Below, one piece after another: positions 26,774 to 35,625 of a stretch of DNA of 53,856 nt. Under the pieces are notes generated by a model that had not been told where the DNA came from, did not search any database, and saw only the letters and a list, made by a program, of their open reading frames with translations. The first letter of the stretch is position 1, and every line of letters starts with the position of its first letter. Made by a program: the position numbers and the translations under genes. The DNA comes from a virus (Duplodnaviria; Caudoviricetes): positions 1 through 53,856 of IMG/VR virus record IMGVR_UViG_3300020119_000151. One strand, written 5' to 3'.

Positions 26774-28084
26774 GTGGCGATTTCATGTTCCTTATTGTCA
26801 ACTACTTTAGCCCGGCAAACGCCCGTGTACGATAAGGAGTTCCTGAAGGACTTCATTTCGGACATGCCCGGTATGCCCTTCATGGGTCGTCACCAGACGG
26901 AAACCTGGGAAGATGGCGCGGAAACCCGCACGTTTGACAAGGTGCATGTCGGCCAGCCCGATTATACCGTTCCCTGGACCCGCCGGGTCGGTACGGATTG
27001 CGCGAACACCACGCCCGGGCGCCAGTTCATTGCCGGCGGTACTACCCGTGATACCTACTTCACGGAAAGCAAGGTGGTCACGTCCCAACTGTGGAACCTG
27101 GACCAGCTTCGCACCATCCCGAACCTCGCCGGCCAAATCCGCGAGATGTACCGGAACATTCGCCGGATTCCCCAAGGCTTCGTTGCTGACTATCTCCGCA
27201 CCCGGATGATGTCCTTCAACGACACGCTCTACATCTGTGGCGCGAACTTCGTGGAGAACCCGATCACGACCACGAACATGGACTTCAATGCGAACGTCAT
27301 CGAGCTTGGCTCGAACGCCGCGCTGCCGACGTCCGACCTGACGCTGACGTACCTGAACTATTACCAGCAGTTGCTTGGTATGAAGGGTTACGACATCGAT
27401 TCGGGCATGGCGAAGGGTATGCGGAACATGGTCACCCATCAGCGCACTTATCAGCGCCTGGTTGGTCTGAATCCGGAAGTGAAGGCCCAGCTTCACCTCG
27501 AAGGCGTCAAGGACGTTTCTCCGCTGTACGAAATCGGCAAGGGCATCAACGCCACCCCGTTTGGCTCGTTCGCCCCGACGTTCGACGATCACCAGTTGCG
27601 CTATCAGGATGCCGGCAACGGCTTGCTGACCCGCGTTCTGCCGTACACGAACGTCAGCGCGACCACGGGCTTGAAGCCCCAGGTGAACCCGGCCTACCTG
27701 AACGCGCGGTATGGCATCACCTACATCATCCACCCGAAGGCGACGACGTTGTTCACGCCGAAGCCCAAGAAGGTGCATGAAATGATTCCTTCCATCAATT
27801 CCTCCATGTGGGGAACGTGGGAGTACAAGAACGGTGACGTGCTGTTCTACCAGAACCAGGACGGGACGACCTGCCAGATGAACAACGACCTGAACTTCCT
27901 GTTCTACTGGATTTGCTACCTCGAACTTGGCTTCAAGTACGAACAGCGCCCGCTCGTCCTGCCGATTCTTCACCTGATCGACGGCGCCGGCAAAGCCTGC
28001 ATGGTGGATAACCCGATTTGCGGCAATGAGCCGCAGTATTACCAGTACCAGACTGGTGATAATCCGCCGATCTGCAACGTCTAA
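26774..28084 (+). CDS. Major capsid protein (putative)
   Basis: 436 aa; strong C/G-ending codon bias; long leader; downstream hairpin; head-module context. Confidence 0.75.
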   Translation: MAISCSLLSTTLARQTPVYDKEFLKDFISDMPGMPFMGRHQTETWEDGAETRTFDKVHVGQPDYTVPWTRRVGTDCANTTPGRQFIAGGTTRDTYFTESKVVTSQLWNLDQLRTIPNLAGQIREMYRNIRRIPQGFVADYLRTRMMSFNDTLYICGANFVENPITTTNMDFNANVIELGSNAALPTSDLTLTYLNYYQQLLGMKGYDIDSGMAKGMRNMVTHQRTYQRLVGLNPEVKAQLHLEGVKDVSPLYEIGKGINATPFGSFAPTFDDHQLRYQDAGNGLLTRVLPYTNVSATTGLKPQVNPAYLNARYGITYIIHPKATTLFTPKPKKVHEMIPSINSSMWGTWEYKNGDVLFYQNQDGTTCQMNNDLNFLFYWICYLELGFKYEQRPLVLPILHLIDGAGKACMVDNPICGNEPQYYQYQTGDNPPICNV

Positions 28085-28102
28085 GCGACGTGTGACTGTC
28101 AC

Positions 28103-28135
28103 GGGTTGCGCGGTGTTTGAGCCGCCGCGCAACCC
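28103..28135 (+). terminator. GC-rich hairpin after the capsid gene
   Basis: GGGTTGCGCGG...CCGCGCAACCC followed by only TT. Confidence 0.55.
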
Positions 28136-28161
28136 TTCTAAGGAAGCTCAAAGATTTTCGT

Positions 28162-28458
28162 ATGATGACCAATCCAAAAGGCCCGGTTCCGGAAGGCGCT
28201 TCACAGGCTCCAGGCTCGCCATCGCCCGCGGCCAGCCCCTCCGGGGACGAATCCGAGACGTTCGATGTGCCGATGTCGGCGCTGGGGGACGTTCAGGAGG
28301 GCGCCATGGTGACGTGCCGGGTTGTCTCCCTGGACCAGCAAAATGGAACCGCCACGCTCGCGCTGGCTCAAGACGAGCCCGAGCCGGCCGGCGGCACGGA
28401 TGGCATGGCTGACGAATTCAAGTCGGCCAGCAGCGCGGCCAACTCTCAACCCTCCTAA
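28162..28458 (+). CDS. Small acidic protein with S1/OB-like segment
   Basis: DVQEGAMVTCRVVSLDQQNGTATLAL; C-terminal AGGTDGMADEF. Confidence 0.6.
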   Translation: MMTNPKGPVPEGASQAPGSPSPAASPSGDESETFDVPMSALGDVQEGAMVTCRVVSLDQQNGTATLALAQDEPEPAGGTDGMADEFKSASSAANSQPS

Positions 28459-28463
28459 TTTTT

Positions 28464-28883
28464 ATGGCAAATCCGACATGCACCAAAGCCAGCCTGAACA
28501 TCGCCTGCTTCGATGGGACGGTTCTCAATCCAATCGCCCGCAAGTGGTTCATGATTTGGTTCAAGGTGAACGAACTTCAGCTTATCGGCGGCACGAACTA
28601 TTTGACCGGCTTGGTATCCGGCGCATCCGGCGGGCTCATCGGTGACACGACGGCTCTCATGGATGAAAAGGTAAGCCTCGACGAGATCGGCCGGCGTCAC
28701 ATCGGACAGTGGGAGCTTGCGGTGTCGTACAATACCGCCCTGCAAGCTGGCATGGCCGCGCAGACGAACAGTCAGATCATGCAATCGGTGAAATGCCTGA
28801 TGAACGTCCGAGAATCAATGCTGGACCGGATGATTCTGTTCCTCGACTGTCAGCTTGGCGTTCACAAGGCGTATCCGCAATAA
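28464..28883 (+). CDS. Putative virion protein with Cys module
   Basis: TAATTTTTATG start context; C-terminal KCL..MILFLDCQL. Confidence 0.6.
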   Translation: MANPTCTKASLNIACFDGTVLNPIARKWFMIWFKVNELQLIGGTNYLTGLVSGASGGLIGDTTALMDEKVSLDEIGRRHIGQWELAVSYNTALQAGMAAQTNSQIMQSVKCLMNVRESMLDRMILFLDCQLGVHKAYPQ

Positions 28884-28885
28884 CC

Positions 28886-29110
28886 ATGGCTGAAACCTGC
28901 AAACCGGCTGATTTGGTGCGGGAGTCAGATTGTTTCGAGTGCATCAGCGTGAAGCAACTGATTGCCGTCCAGACCTATTTGCTGGCGGTGAAGGCCGGAA
29001 TCGCCGCTGACCCGGAAAGCTTGGTGAATGCAAGCGTCTGTTTTAGCTGTCTGCCGGTGAAAAAGTTGCTGGCGATTCAAACGTACCTTTACTGCCAAAT
29101 TGCACCATGA
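28886..29110 (+). CDS. 74-aa protein made of two Cys-module repeats
   Basis: PADLVRESDCFECI..QTYLL and PESLVNASVCFSCL..QTYLYCQI. Confidence 0.7.
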   Translation: MAETCKPADLVRESDCFECISVKQLIAVQTYLLAVKAGIAADPESLVNASVCFSCLPVKKLLAIQTYLYCQIAP

Positions 29111-29571
29111 GCCAAAGTTGCACACCGAAAGACCTGGTTGCCGCCGCCACTTGCCTGGAATGCTTGAGCATTGCCCAGCTTGAGGCGATTCAGGCGTACT
29201 TGCTTTGCCAGATCGCCAACAATGGCGGAGGTGGCGGTTCGACGGCCAAAGTTTATCGGGCTTTGCTTACTCAATCTGGTGCTAATGCCCCTGTTGCCAC
29301 AGTTTTGGAAAACACACTTGGTGGGACACCAGTTTGGTCTTATTCTGCTCCTGGTACTTATGTGGTTACGTTGGCGGGTGCTTTTACGGTTGGAAAGACA
29401 TTTGTTATATCAGGCTCAACCGCCCAAGTTGGAGATGTTACAATAGGCCTTGGAATTTTAATGGCTGGCGCAACTGTTAATGCCATCGAGGTTCATACAT
29501 TCGACAACGGTGGTTCAGGGCTTGATGGGATTTTAAATAATACCGCAATCGAAATTCTAGTTTATCCATGA
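29107..29571 (+). CDS. Cys module + Gly linker + beta-rich domain (head fibre/decoration-like)
   Basis: CTPKDLV..CLECL..AIQAYLLCQI, NNGGGGGS, KVYRALLTQSGANAP..IEILVYP. Confidence 0.65.
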   Translation: MSQSCTPKDLVAAATCLECLSIAQLEAIQAYLLCQIANNGGGGGSTAKVYRALLTQSGANAPVATVLENTLGGTPVWSYSAPGTYVVTLAGAFTVGKTFVISGSTAQVGDVTIGLGILMAGATVNAIEVHTFDNGGSGLDGILNNTAIEILVYP

Positions 29572-29939
29572 AAACATTTACATCATCCCTACAATCCATG
29601 CCGGTTGGGCAAGGTCTTTCGCTGGCCATACCCCACGGCCTTGATTCCGTTCCGGCCGTCGTTCGTGGTGTTCTGGTATGTGAAGCGGCAGATATAAACA
29701 CCGGCCTTTTGCCGGGGCAGGAAATCGACGTTCTTTGCCTGTTTGAGCCAGTCGACCCGGACAGTGGAAAGCCCGCGCCTGCCGCGAGCGTGTTTGCGGA
29801 TGCCAGCAACGTGTATCTGAACAGCAGTAGCATCTATCCCGGCAACGAAACGAACGTCATTATAGCCAACAGTGGCGCTCCCGGTGTCATTCAGGACTTC
29901 AATAATTTCAAGCTCAAGCTCTACGCTCTGGCTTTTTGA
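29568..29939 (+). CDS. Beta-rich putative structural protein
   Basis: IPHGLDSVP (HGL-x-x-x-P fibre-like motif). Confidence 0.55.
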   Translation: MKTFTSSLQSMPVGQGLSLAIPHGLDSVPAVVRGVLVCEAADINTGLLPGQEIDVLCLFEPVDPDSGKPAPAASVFADASNVYLNSSSIYPGNETNVIIANSGAPGVIQDFNNFKLKLYALAF

Positions 29940-30415
29940 TGAAAACTTTCGCCTTAACCTTGGGTTTGGCGCTTCTGTCGGTCCTCACAAGGGCCGACAT
30001 CGTTTTTACTTGGACCAACTGCCCGAACCGGCTCGCCGGCTCCGCCACGCTCGTTTGGCGCGGGACAACCGCCCCCCTGAACTATTCCGTCTCCTACTCG
30101 ACCTTTGGGACGAACCTCGTATTTCCTGATGCGGCCCTGACGCCTGGCTTCAATTTCTTCGCCGTTCAGCAGATTGCCACGAACGCCGCCGGCCAAGTCT
30201 CCGCTACGATCATGTCGGGCGAAATTCAGGTCCAGGTGAACCCCGCCGTCAATGTGGACGTGCGGACGATGGCAAGCACGAACCTTGGCATGGGCTGGAC
30301 GGTTGTAGGCCAGCAAACATTCACCTTCCCGACCGCGGACGCCCAGCAACAGTTTTTTCTGACCCAACAGCGTATCAGCCGGACGAACATCGTAATTTTA
30401 CCCCCACACCCATGA
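29936..30415 (+). CDS. Secreted FN3-like beta-sandwich protein
   Basis: Signal peptide MKTFALTLGLALLSVLTRA; FTW, LTPGFNFFAV, ASTNLGMGW..QFF. Confidence 0.6.
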   Translation: MMKTFALTLGLALLSVLTRADIVFTWTNCPNRLAGSATLVWRGTTAPLNYSVSYSTFGTNLVFPDAALTPGFNFFAVQQIATNAAGQVSATIMSGEIQVQVNPAVNVDVRTMASTNLGMGWTVVGQQTFTFPTADAQQQFFLTQQRISRTNIVILPPHP

Positions 30416-30825
30416 GCGAAAACCTTTTGATTGCCTTGTTCACGATGTTTGGGGGATGGTGCCTCCTTCACTCGGGAATGATTTGGTCTGCCAAGCAGGA
30501 CTCTAAAAAGATGTTCTTGGCACTCGAACTGTACTTCAAAAAGATGGAGGCAGCGGCTTTGGAGGTATTGCACAGCCCAAATAATCACTTGGGGCTGGAT
30601 TATTACATAGACAAGTATCGGGAGGGTCACAACGACATGACAAATGAGGAATGGATTGAATTCCATGAAAAATGCGAGCGGCTATCAACTGACCCTTCCG
30701 TTACCGTCGAAGAAAAACTCGCGGCGGCTCAATTTCTGGCTATATTTGGGGCGTTGGTATCCCTGCACAAACTGTCTCGGGTTCCGCCTGAATTGCGGGA
30801 TAGGCTGATAAAAAACCGAAAATAA
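30412..30825 (+). CDS. Membrane protein (possible lysis accessory)
   Basis: N-terminal hydrophobic helix and a second hydrophobic stretch. Confidence 0.55.
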   Translation: MSENLLIALFTMFGGWCLLHSGMIWSAKQDSKKMFLALELYFKKMEAAALEVLHSPNNHLGLDYYIDKYREGHNDMTNEEWIEFHEKCERLSTDPSVTVEEKLAAAQFLAIFGALVSLHKLSRVPPELRDRLIKNRK

Positions 30826-30835
30826 ACCTAAAACT

Positions 30836-31306
30836 ATGAAAAAAATCCTCGTCCTACTGTCGGCTGTCACCCTGTTCGTGGTGGCAGGTTGTTCCACGTT
30901 CGATAAAGCCGCGCTGACGGCAACGCCGAACATCACCCCGGCGGTTACGAATGCCGTCACGGGCGCTGTCACCCCGCCGGCTACGAATACCACCTATGCG
31001 CCCAATCCCGCGCTTGTGGCGGGCATCCAGCAGGCGCAGACCTATACCGGCCTGATTCCACCTCCATACGGCACGGCTGTTGATGGTGTGCTTGCCCTGG
31101 CGCTGGCGGGGCTCGGGCTTTACGCTCGATCAAAGAACGGCAAGCTTTCGACGGCGAACAGCGTCATTAATGCCGTGGTTTCCGGCGTCGAGGCGGCAGG
31201 GCATCCCGAGACGAAGGTTGCCATCCAAAAGGCGGCAGTTGCGGCCGGCGTACAGGGAAGTCTCGAGCCCGTTGTTCAGTCCGTAGGGCAGCAAATGAAG
31301 GTTTAG
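30836..31306 (+). CDS. Lipoprotein with an additional TM segment (spanin/holin-like)
   Basis: Lipobox VAGC at residue 19; VLALALAGLGLYA followed by RSK. Confidence 0.6.
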   Translation: MKKILVLLSAVTLFVVAGCSTFDKAALTATPNITPAVTNAVTGAVTPPATNTTYAPNPALVAGIQQAQTYTGLIPPPYGTAVDGVLALALAGLGLYARSKNGKLSTANSVINAVVSGVEAAGHPETKVAIQKAAVAAGVQGSLEPVVQSVGQQMKV

Positions 31307-31325
31307 CCGGTCCAGGACCATTTAC

Positions 31326-31356
31326 CGCCGCCTGGCTTACGTCAGGCGGCGTTTTT
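31326..31356 (+). terminator. Rho-independent terminator
   Basis: CGCCGCCTG...CAGGCGGCG followed by TTTTT, at a convergent junction. Confidence 0.8.
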
Positions 31357-31615
31357 ATTGCTTCGACCAGTGGGTAAGACCGCATTTCATGCACTTCACA
31401 TAGTCACCTTCGCCGGTGTGGGTGACAATCCGGCTCCCGCCATGGAACAGGAGGCAGGACACCGCGGGGTGAAGCTTCCCGCGCCGATCTAGTTCCGTCA
31501 GGATGATGGACGCAAAGATGATGATGGTGATGATGATTGCCGGCAGTATGACTAGCCAGATCAGAAGCGAAGTCGGCTCGATGGCGCCGCCGTAAGTGTG
31601 GTTTATGAGTTTCAT
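31355..31615 (-). CDS. Membrane protein with C-terminal Zn ribbon
   Basis: Long Ile-rich TM; CLLFHG..CMKCG. Confidence 0.65.
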   Translation of the reverse strand: MKLINHTYGGAIEPTSLLIWLVILPAIIITIIIFASIILTELDRRGKLHPAVSCLLFHGGSRIVTHTGEGDYVKCMKCGLTHWSKQ

Positions 31616-31692
31616 TTTTTGAGCGCGATACAGACGAGAAGCATAGCCAAGTCGAAGGCGATGCAGATACAGGCGGCGACGTGAGAAATCAT
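31612..31692 (-). CDS. 26-aa hydrophobic peptide absent from the ORF track
   Basis: MISHVAACICIAFDLAMLLVCIALKK; ATGA overlaps at both ends. Confidence 0.6.
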   Translation of the reverse strand: MISHVAACICIAFDLAMLLVCIALKK

Positions 31693-32447
31693 TTGGTTGT
31701 GGGTTGGGTGGGTTGGAGGGCAGCAGCTAATTTGTGGGCAGCAAGCACACAATCATGATTAGGGTTTCCGGCCAGTTGCTGATAGACTTCTTCGATTACT
31801 GTCTTCATCTTCCTCTCCCGCTCCAACAGGGCCAGCGCGGCTTGGGGAGTGACTCTAATGGTCGCAGCATTAAAACTTTTCTCGCAAGTTTCTGTCCAAG
31901 ACTCTCCGCAATTGATAACTGACCGGAAGAATGCAAGACACTGACAAGCCTTTTCATGCGCCTCACTCATCACCGCCATTTGAGCGGTGGCGAGGGTGAG
32001 TTCTTCACGCAGTAGTGCTTGGGCTTCGTCAATTTCATTAAGTGCGTGACTGTGGCCAAACTGATTTGACCACTCAGGAGATTTGCCAGTGATTAGATAA
32101 TAGGATTGGCTTAACGCCTGCGCTGCGTCATCGCGTTCGCCAACCGTTCTGTTCAAGTCCTGCTCCAACTCCTTCACGCGGGAATGGGGGGTGTCGCGTT
32201 CAACTGAATGTGCAAATCTTGCATCATCACGATGTCTTAAAGCCTCCGCCAGTTCGCGTTCGAGTTGGCTGATTCGTTCGTCTTTGTCCGCATGGCAAAG
32301 CTGAACAAGGTTAGAATAACCACAGTTGCATGGCGTTCCTGCGTATGGTTTGCCTGACAGGTCAAACAATCCGCCGCAATTAGGACAGGTTTTAAGACTA
32401 TCAGCCTCCGTCCTCGGCGTTGGTGGGGTGGTGGGTGTGGTGCTCAT
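31689..32447 (-). CDS. Coiled-coil hypothetical protein
   Basis: TPRTEA start motif, CPNCG, coiled coils. Confidence 0.65.
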   Translation of the reverse strand: MSTTPTTPPTPRTEADSLKTCPNCGGLFDLSGKPYAGTPCNCGYSNLVQLCHADKDERISQLERELAEALRHRDDARFAHSVERDTPHSRVKELEQDLNRTVGERDDAAQALSQSYYLITGKSPEWSNQFGHSHALNEIDEAQALLREELTLATAQMAVMSEAHEKACQCLAFFRSVINCGESWTETCEKSFNAATIRVTPQAALALLERERKMKTVIEEVYQQLAGNPNHDCVLAAHKLAAALQPTQPTTK

Positions 32448-32863
32448 AAATCCTCTTTTCCAAGCAGCCATTTGAACCACTTAGGTTGCGCCAGGCTGAT
32501 ACAGTCCTGGGAACAGTTCGGGCTGCCGTGACACCTTTTACCATGCCTCATTTGATAAGCGTGGTGGGTTTCAGTCTCGGGGACATCGACGAGCTTGGTC
32601 CAGCCAACCGTATCACTGAACCAGATCAGGAACCCGAACCAGTTATCGTGAACTGACTGGTGAAGCGCCTGCTTGAACATTTCCCGAACGGCGCCCCACT
32701 TGCCCCCGTAGTAGCTTTCCACAACAAGCTGGCATTCCATGTTTGCCATCGGCTCAATCTTCATGATGAAGCGCGCGTTTGGGTCGGCGCAATGTGCGAC
32801 AAGGCGCTCGCATCGTAGCTTGAACTGTTCCGGCCTTCTCGGGAATTTACGCTTCTTGCTCAT
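32444..32863 (-). CDS. Hypothetical protein
   Basis: ATGA coupling to neighbours. Confidence 0.6.
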   Translation of the reverse strand: MSKKRKFPRRPEQFKLRCERLVAHCADPNARFIMKIEPMANMECQLVVESYYGGKWGAVREMFKQALHQSVHDNWFGFLIWFSDTVGWTKLVDVPETETHHAYQMRHGKRCHGSPNCSQDCISLAQPKWFKWLLGKEDL

Positions 32864-33336
32864 AGCGCAGCGTCCCGAATGTTGATCGAGCAACCCGGTT
32901 GACCGCCCTGGACGTACTGCTTGACGACCTTCAGGATGACAACCTGTGCATCGTCGCGCCACGCTCCAACTTCGGTCAGCACGTCCATTACAGCCTTCGC
33001 GTAATTGTCCGCGTCAGGTTTTTTGTCGGCGAATTGCGGAGCGTTCGGTTTGAGGATTCCCTTGGAATTGAAGTGAGACTTTGGACGCGGAATATTGAAA
33101 CACAACGTCAGCATGATCGGTACTTCGACCTGGACCCAGCCAGGCGCCGCCGCCGGCCACGCGCCTGTAATTTGCTCCTTCCACACCGCGCACGGGTGGC
33201 GTTTGGTTACGCCAGTCGTTTTGTTCTTCACCGTTGTTGGCGTGTAAATCTGCGTGAACTTGCCCGTGTAGCGGGCTTTGATGCGAGGCTGGCCGGCGGG
33301 TTCGCCGAAAACGTAGAAGGTTAAAGGTTCAAACAT
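32860..33336 (-). CDS. rusA: RusA-family Holliday junction resolvase
   Basis: GEPAGQPR, KKPDADNYAKAVMD, WRDDAQVV. Confidence 0.9.
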   Translation of the reverse strand: MFEPLTFYVFGEPAGQPRIKARYTGKFTQIYTPTTVKNKTTGVTKRHPCAVWKEQITGAWPAAAPGWVQVEVPIMLTLCFNIPRPKSHFNSKGILKPNAPQFADKKPDADNYAKAVMDVLTEVGAWRDDAQVVILKVVKQYVQGGQPGCSINIRDAAL

Positions 33337-33380
33337 GAGCCGACTTTGCGCCAGTCGTTTCAAATTTGCAAGAAAAAAGT

Positions 33381-33419
33381 TTGACATAGTGAACCACTTT
33401 TGTTTAATGTAGTGAACCA
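33381..33419 (+). promoter_or_regulatory. sigma70 promoter with operator-like direct repeats
   Basis: TTGACA 33381-33386, N16, TTTAAT; TAGTGAACCA at 33387 and 33410. Confidence 0.65.
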
Positions 33420-33631
33420 TGAGCCGCAGAAATTTAGAACTTGTCAGCGCCAAAATCACAATGACCCGCATTCAAGCGGGTTTTACGCTGCCCCAACTCG
33501 CCGCCCGCGCGGAGATCAGCAAGGGCAATCTTTCCAAAATCGAATCTCACGCAAGCAACCTTTCCGTCGATACGCTGCTCAAGCTGGCGAAGGCATTGGG
33601 CGTTCACCCCGCAACTCTCCTGCCAAAATGA
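33419..33631 (+). CDS. XRE-family HTH regulator
   Basis: RIQAGFTLPQLAARAEISKGNLSKIES..LLKLAKALGV. Confidence 0.92.
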   Translation: MSRRNLELVSAKITMTRIQAGFTLPQLAARAEISKGNLSKIESHASNLSVDTLLKLAKALGVHPATLLPK

Positions 33632-33933
33632 GCAAAATAAATAACAATCCCCTCGGCTGGCATTACCCGGCGGGTTGCTCTGACAGGGACATCGAGCGTC
33701 ATTTCGGAGGACCGGATGAATTGCCGATGAAGGAATGTCCCGAGTGCGAAGGCTCCGGCAAGGTGATGGACGACGGCGCACCTGACGCCGTGCCGGTGAC
33801 GTGCGGCAAGTGCAAGGGCGAAGGCGAGGTCGAAATGACCTACGAGGAAGCGGCTGAACAGGCTGCTGATGCCCGCGCCGAAAAAGCCGACCGCCAGCGC
33901 GACGACGACATTGACCGTCAGATGGGGCTTTGA
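33628..33933 (+). CDS. DnaJ-type Zn-finger protein
   Basis: CPECEGSG..CGKCKGEG. Confidence 0.75.
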   Translation: MSKINNNPLGWHYPAGCSDRDIERHFGGPDELPMKECPECEGSGKVMDDGAPDAVPVTCGKCKGEGEVEMTYEEAAEQAADARAEKADRQRDDDIDRQMGL

Positions 33934-33937
33934 ATTT

Positions 33938-34171
33938 ATGAAAACACTTATCCGCAAAAGTGAGGCTCAAATCACTCCAACGCCGGAGGAACTGGCTGAC
34001 TGCTGGTGTTCCATGGATGCCGATGAGCAGGCTGAATTTTTCAATCGCGTCGGGTTAGCCGTCGAGGGGTGGGACAAACCCTTCTGCTTCCAGCTTCAGG
34101 CAATTCAGGATTGCCCCAAGCTCAACCACAAGGCGCGATTCGTCATGCACCAAATCGGTCAATACTCTTAA
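33938..34171 (+). CDS. Hypothetical protein
   Basis: TPEELADCWCSMDADEQAEFFN; AT-rich start context. Confidence 0.65.
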   Translation: MKTLIRKSEAQITPTPEELADCWCSMDADEQAEFFNRVGLAVEGWDKPFCFQLQAIQDCPKLNHKARFVMHQIGQYS

Positions 34172-34190
34172 CTCAACAAAACCACAACTT

Positions 34191-34457
34191 ATGAAACTGA
34201 AAGAAATCTGCATCACCGAAAATGCCAACTGGCAACCCAACCCCGGCCAGTACACGGCAAAAATCAAATACGAAGGCCAAAACGGAGCCATCGAAATGAG
34301 ATTGGACGAAAAGGTGTCCGAAGCTTTGTTGATCTGCATCGGCGAAACCATCACCGCCTTTGCCGCCAAAGCCGCACAGCAGGTGCAGAGTAACATCATC
34401 GCCAGCATCAACGAGGCGAAGAAACCGCAACTCGAAGCCAAGACGGTTGAAGGCTGA
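34191..34457 (+). CDS. Hypothetical protein
   Basis: A/C-rich leader, clean ORF. Confidence 0.65.
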   Translation: MKLKEICITENANWQPNPGQYTAKIKYEGQNGAIEMRLDEKVSEALLICIGETITAFAAKAAQQVQSNIIASINEAKKPQLEAKTVEG

Positions 34458-34488
34458 CAATCGGTGAAGAAATGACCGGAGAACCACT

Positions 34489-35376
34489 ATGAAGAACGCC
34501 ACCCCAACCCCACCCGAACAACAAAGCCTTCAGGTCGTAGGACCGGAACCAGGCGCCGCGCTGACCCAACGCCAGCAATCCCCGCCGCCGGCCGCGTTCG
34601 ACATCGAAAGCATGTTCAAATTCGCCATCGAAAAAGCCGCCGGCCCCGAGGCGATGACGACGCTGATGAACATCCGGCGCGAGCTTAACGCGGAGGCGAG
34701 CAAGAAGGCCTTCGATGAGGCGCTGTCAGCGTTCCAGGCTGAATGCCCGGTGATCGTGAAGGGCAAGATTGTTCCCAACAAATCCGGCGATGTCGCCTAC
34801 AAGTTCGCGCCGATTGAGAAAATCGAGGAAATCATCCGTCCCATCGAGCGCAAGCATGGATTCACGCACACCTTCGACACGGACGTAAATAGCATTCCAG
34901 GTTTCGTCATCGCCAAGGTCATCGTCACCCATACCGGGGGTCATACGCGCGAGTCTGTCATCAAGCTTCCTTTGGGTAGCCAAACAGCAATCATGTCGAA
35001 CACCCAAGTCTATGCCGGCGCGATGACCTTTGCCAACCGGCGGGCGCTGGCGAACGTGTACGGGCTCGTCCTGGCCGGCGAGGACATCGACGGCGCCGAC
35101 AAGAAGCCCCGCCCAACCGGGCCTTCACAGCCGAAGGCGGAGGCATCCGGCACACCCGGGGGTGAATTGAGCGCGGCCAGAGATCGGCTTTGGAAATTGC
35201 TGAAGCCCGTCGTCAGCCAGAACAAGGACTGGAATCCAAAGACGTGGGACGGTCACAATGCCTGGCTCCGCAACGCCAAGATCATCACCAAGCCCGAGAC
35301 GAAGGTTGAAGCCCTGCCCGTCGAGGACGTGAAGGAAATTATCGAGAAGGCTCAAATCGTGCTGGGGGATATGTGA
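34489..35376 (+). CDS. erf: ERF-family ssDNA-annealing protein
   Basis: ALSAFQAECPVIVK, YKFAPIE, HTGGH, QVYAGAMTFANRRAL, EDIDG. Confidence 0.85.
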   Translation: MKNATPTPPEQQSLQVVGPEPGAALTQRQQSPPPAAFDIESMFKFAIEKAAGPEAMTTLMNIRRELNAEASKKAFDEALSAFQAECPVIVKGKIVPNKSGDVAYKFAPIEKIEEIIRPIERKHGFTHTFDTDVNSIPGFVIAKVIVTHTGGHTRESVIKLPLGSQTAIMSNTQVYAGAMTFANRRALANVYGLVLAGEDIDGADKKPRPTGPSQPKAEASGTPGGELSAARDRLWKLLKPVVSQNKDWNPKTWDGHNAWLRNAKIITKPETKVEALPVEDVKEIIEKAQIVLGDM

Positions 35377-35379
35377 CCT

Positions 35380-35622
35380 ATGGGATTACCACAGCCACCA
35401 AAGCGGAAAAAATGCTCGAATTGCGGGGGCAAGAAATGGTTTCAATCTGCCATCGGCTTGCTGAGTTGCCAGATGTGCCATGCCACCGGAGAAGGCGGCA
35501 TCGATGTTGAATGGTTGGTTCAGGACTGGCAACGGCTGAAGCGGCTTGAGGAAAAGGAGCGCGGGACACCTGAATGGCTGTCCCAAGCATTGAACGAAGG
35601 TGATGGAACTTATAAACCCTGA
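35380..35622 (+). CDS. Small Zn-finger protein
   Basis: CSNCGG..CQMCHATG. Confidence 0.65.
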   Translation: MGLPQPPKRKKCSNCGGKKWFQSAIGLLSCQMCHATGEGGIDVEWLVQDWQRLKRLEEKERGTPEWLSQALNEGDGTYKP

Positions 35623-35625
35623 TTT

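Noticed and set aside
26807-28132. 441-aa antisense ORF over the capsid gene (likewise 45698-46852, 12934-14049, 35809-36729)
   Set aside because: Typical antisense shadows of strongly biased genes, with no recognisable motifs
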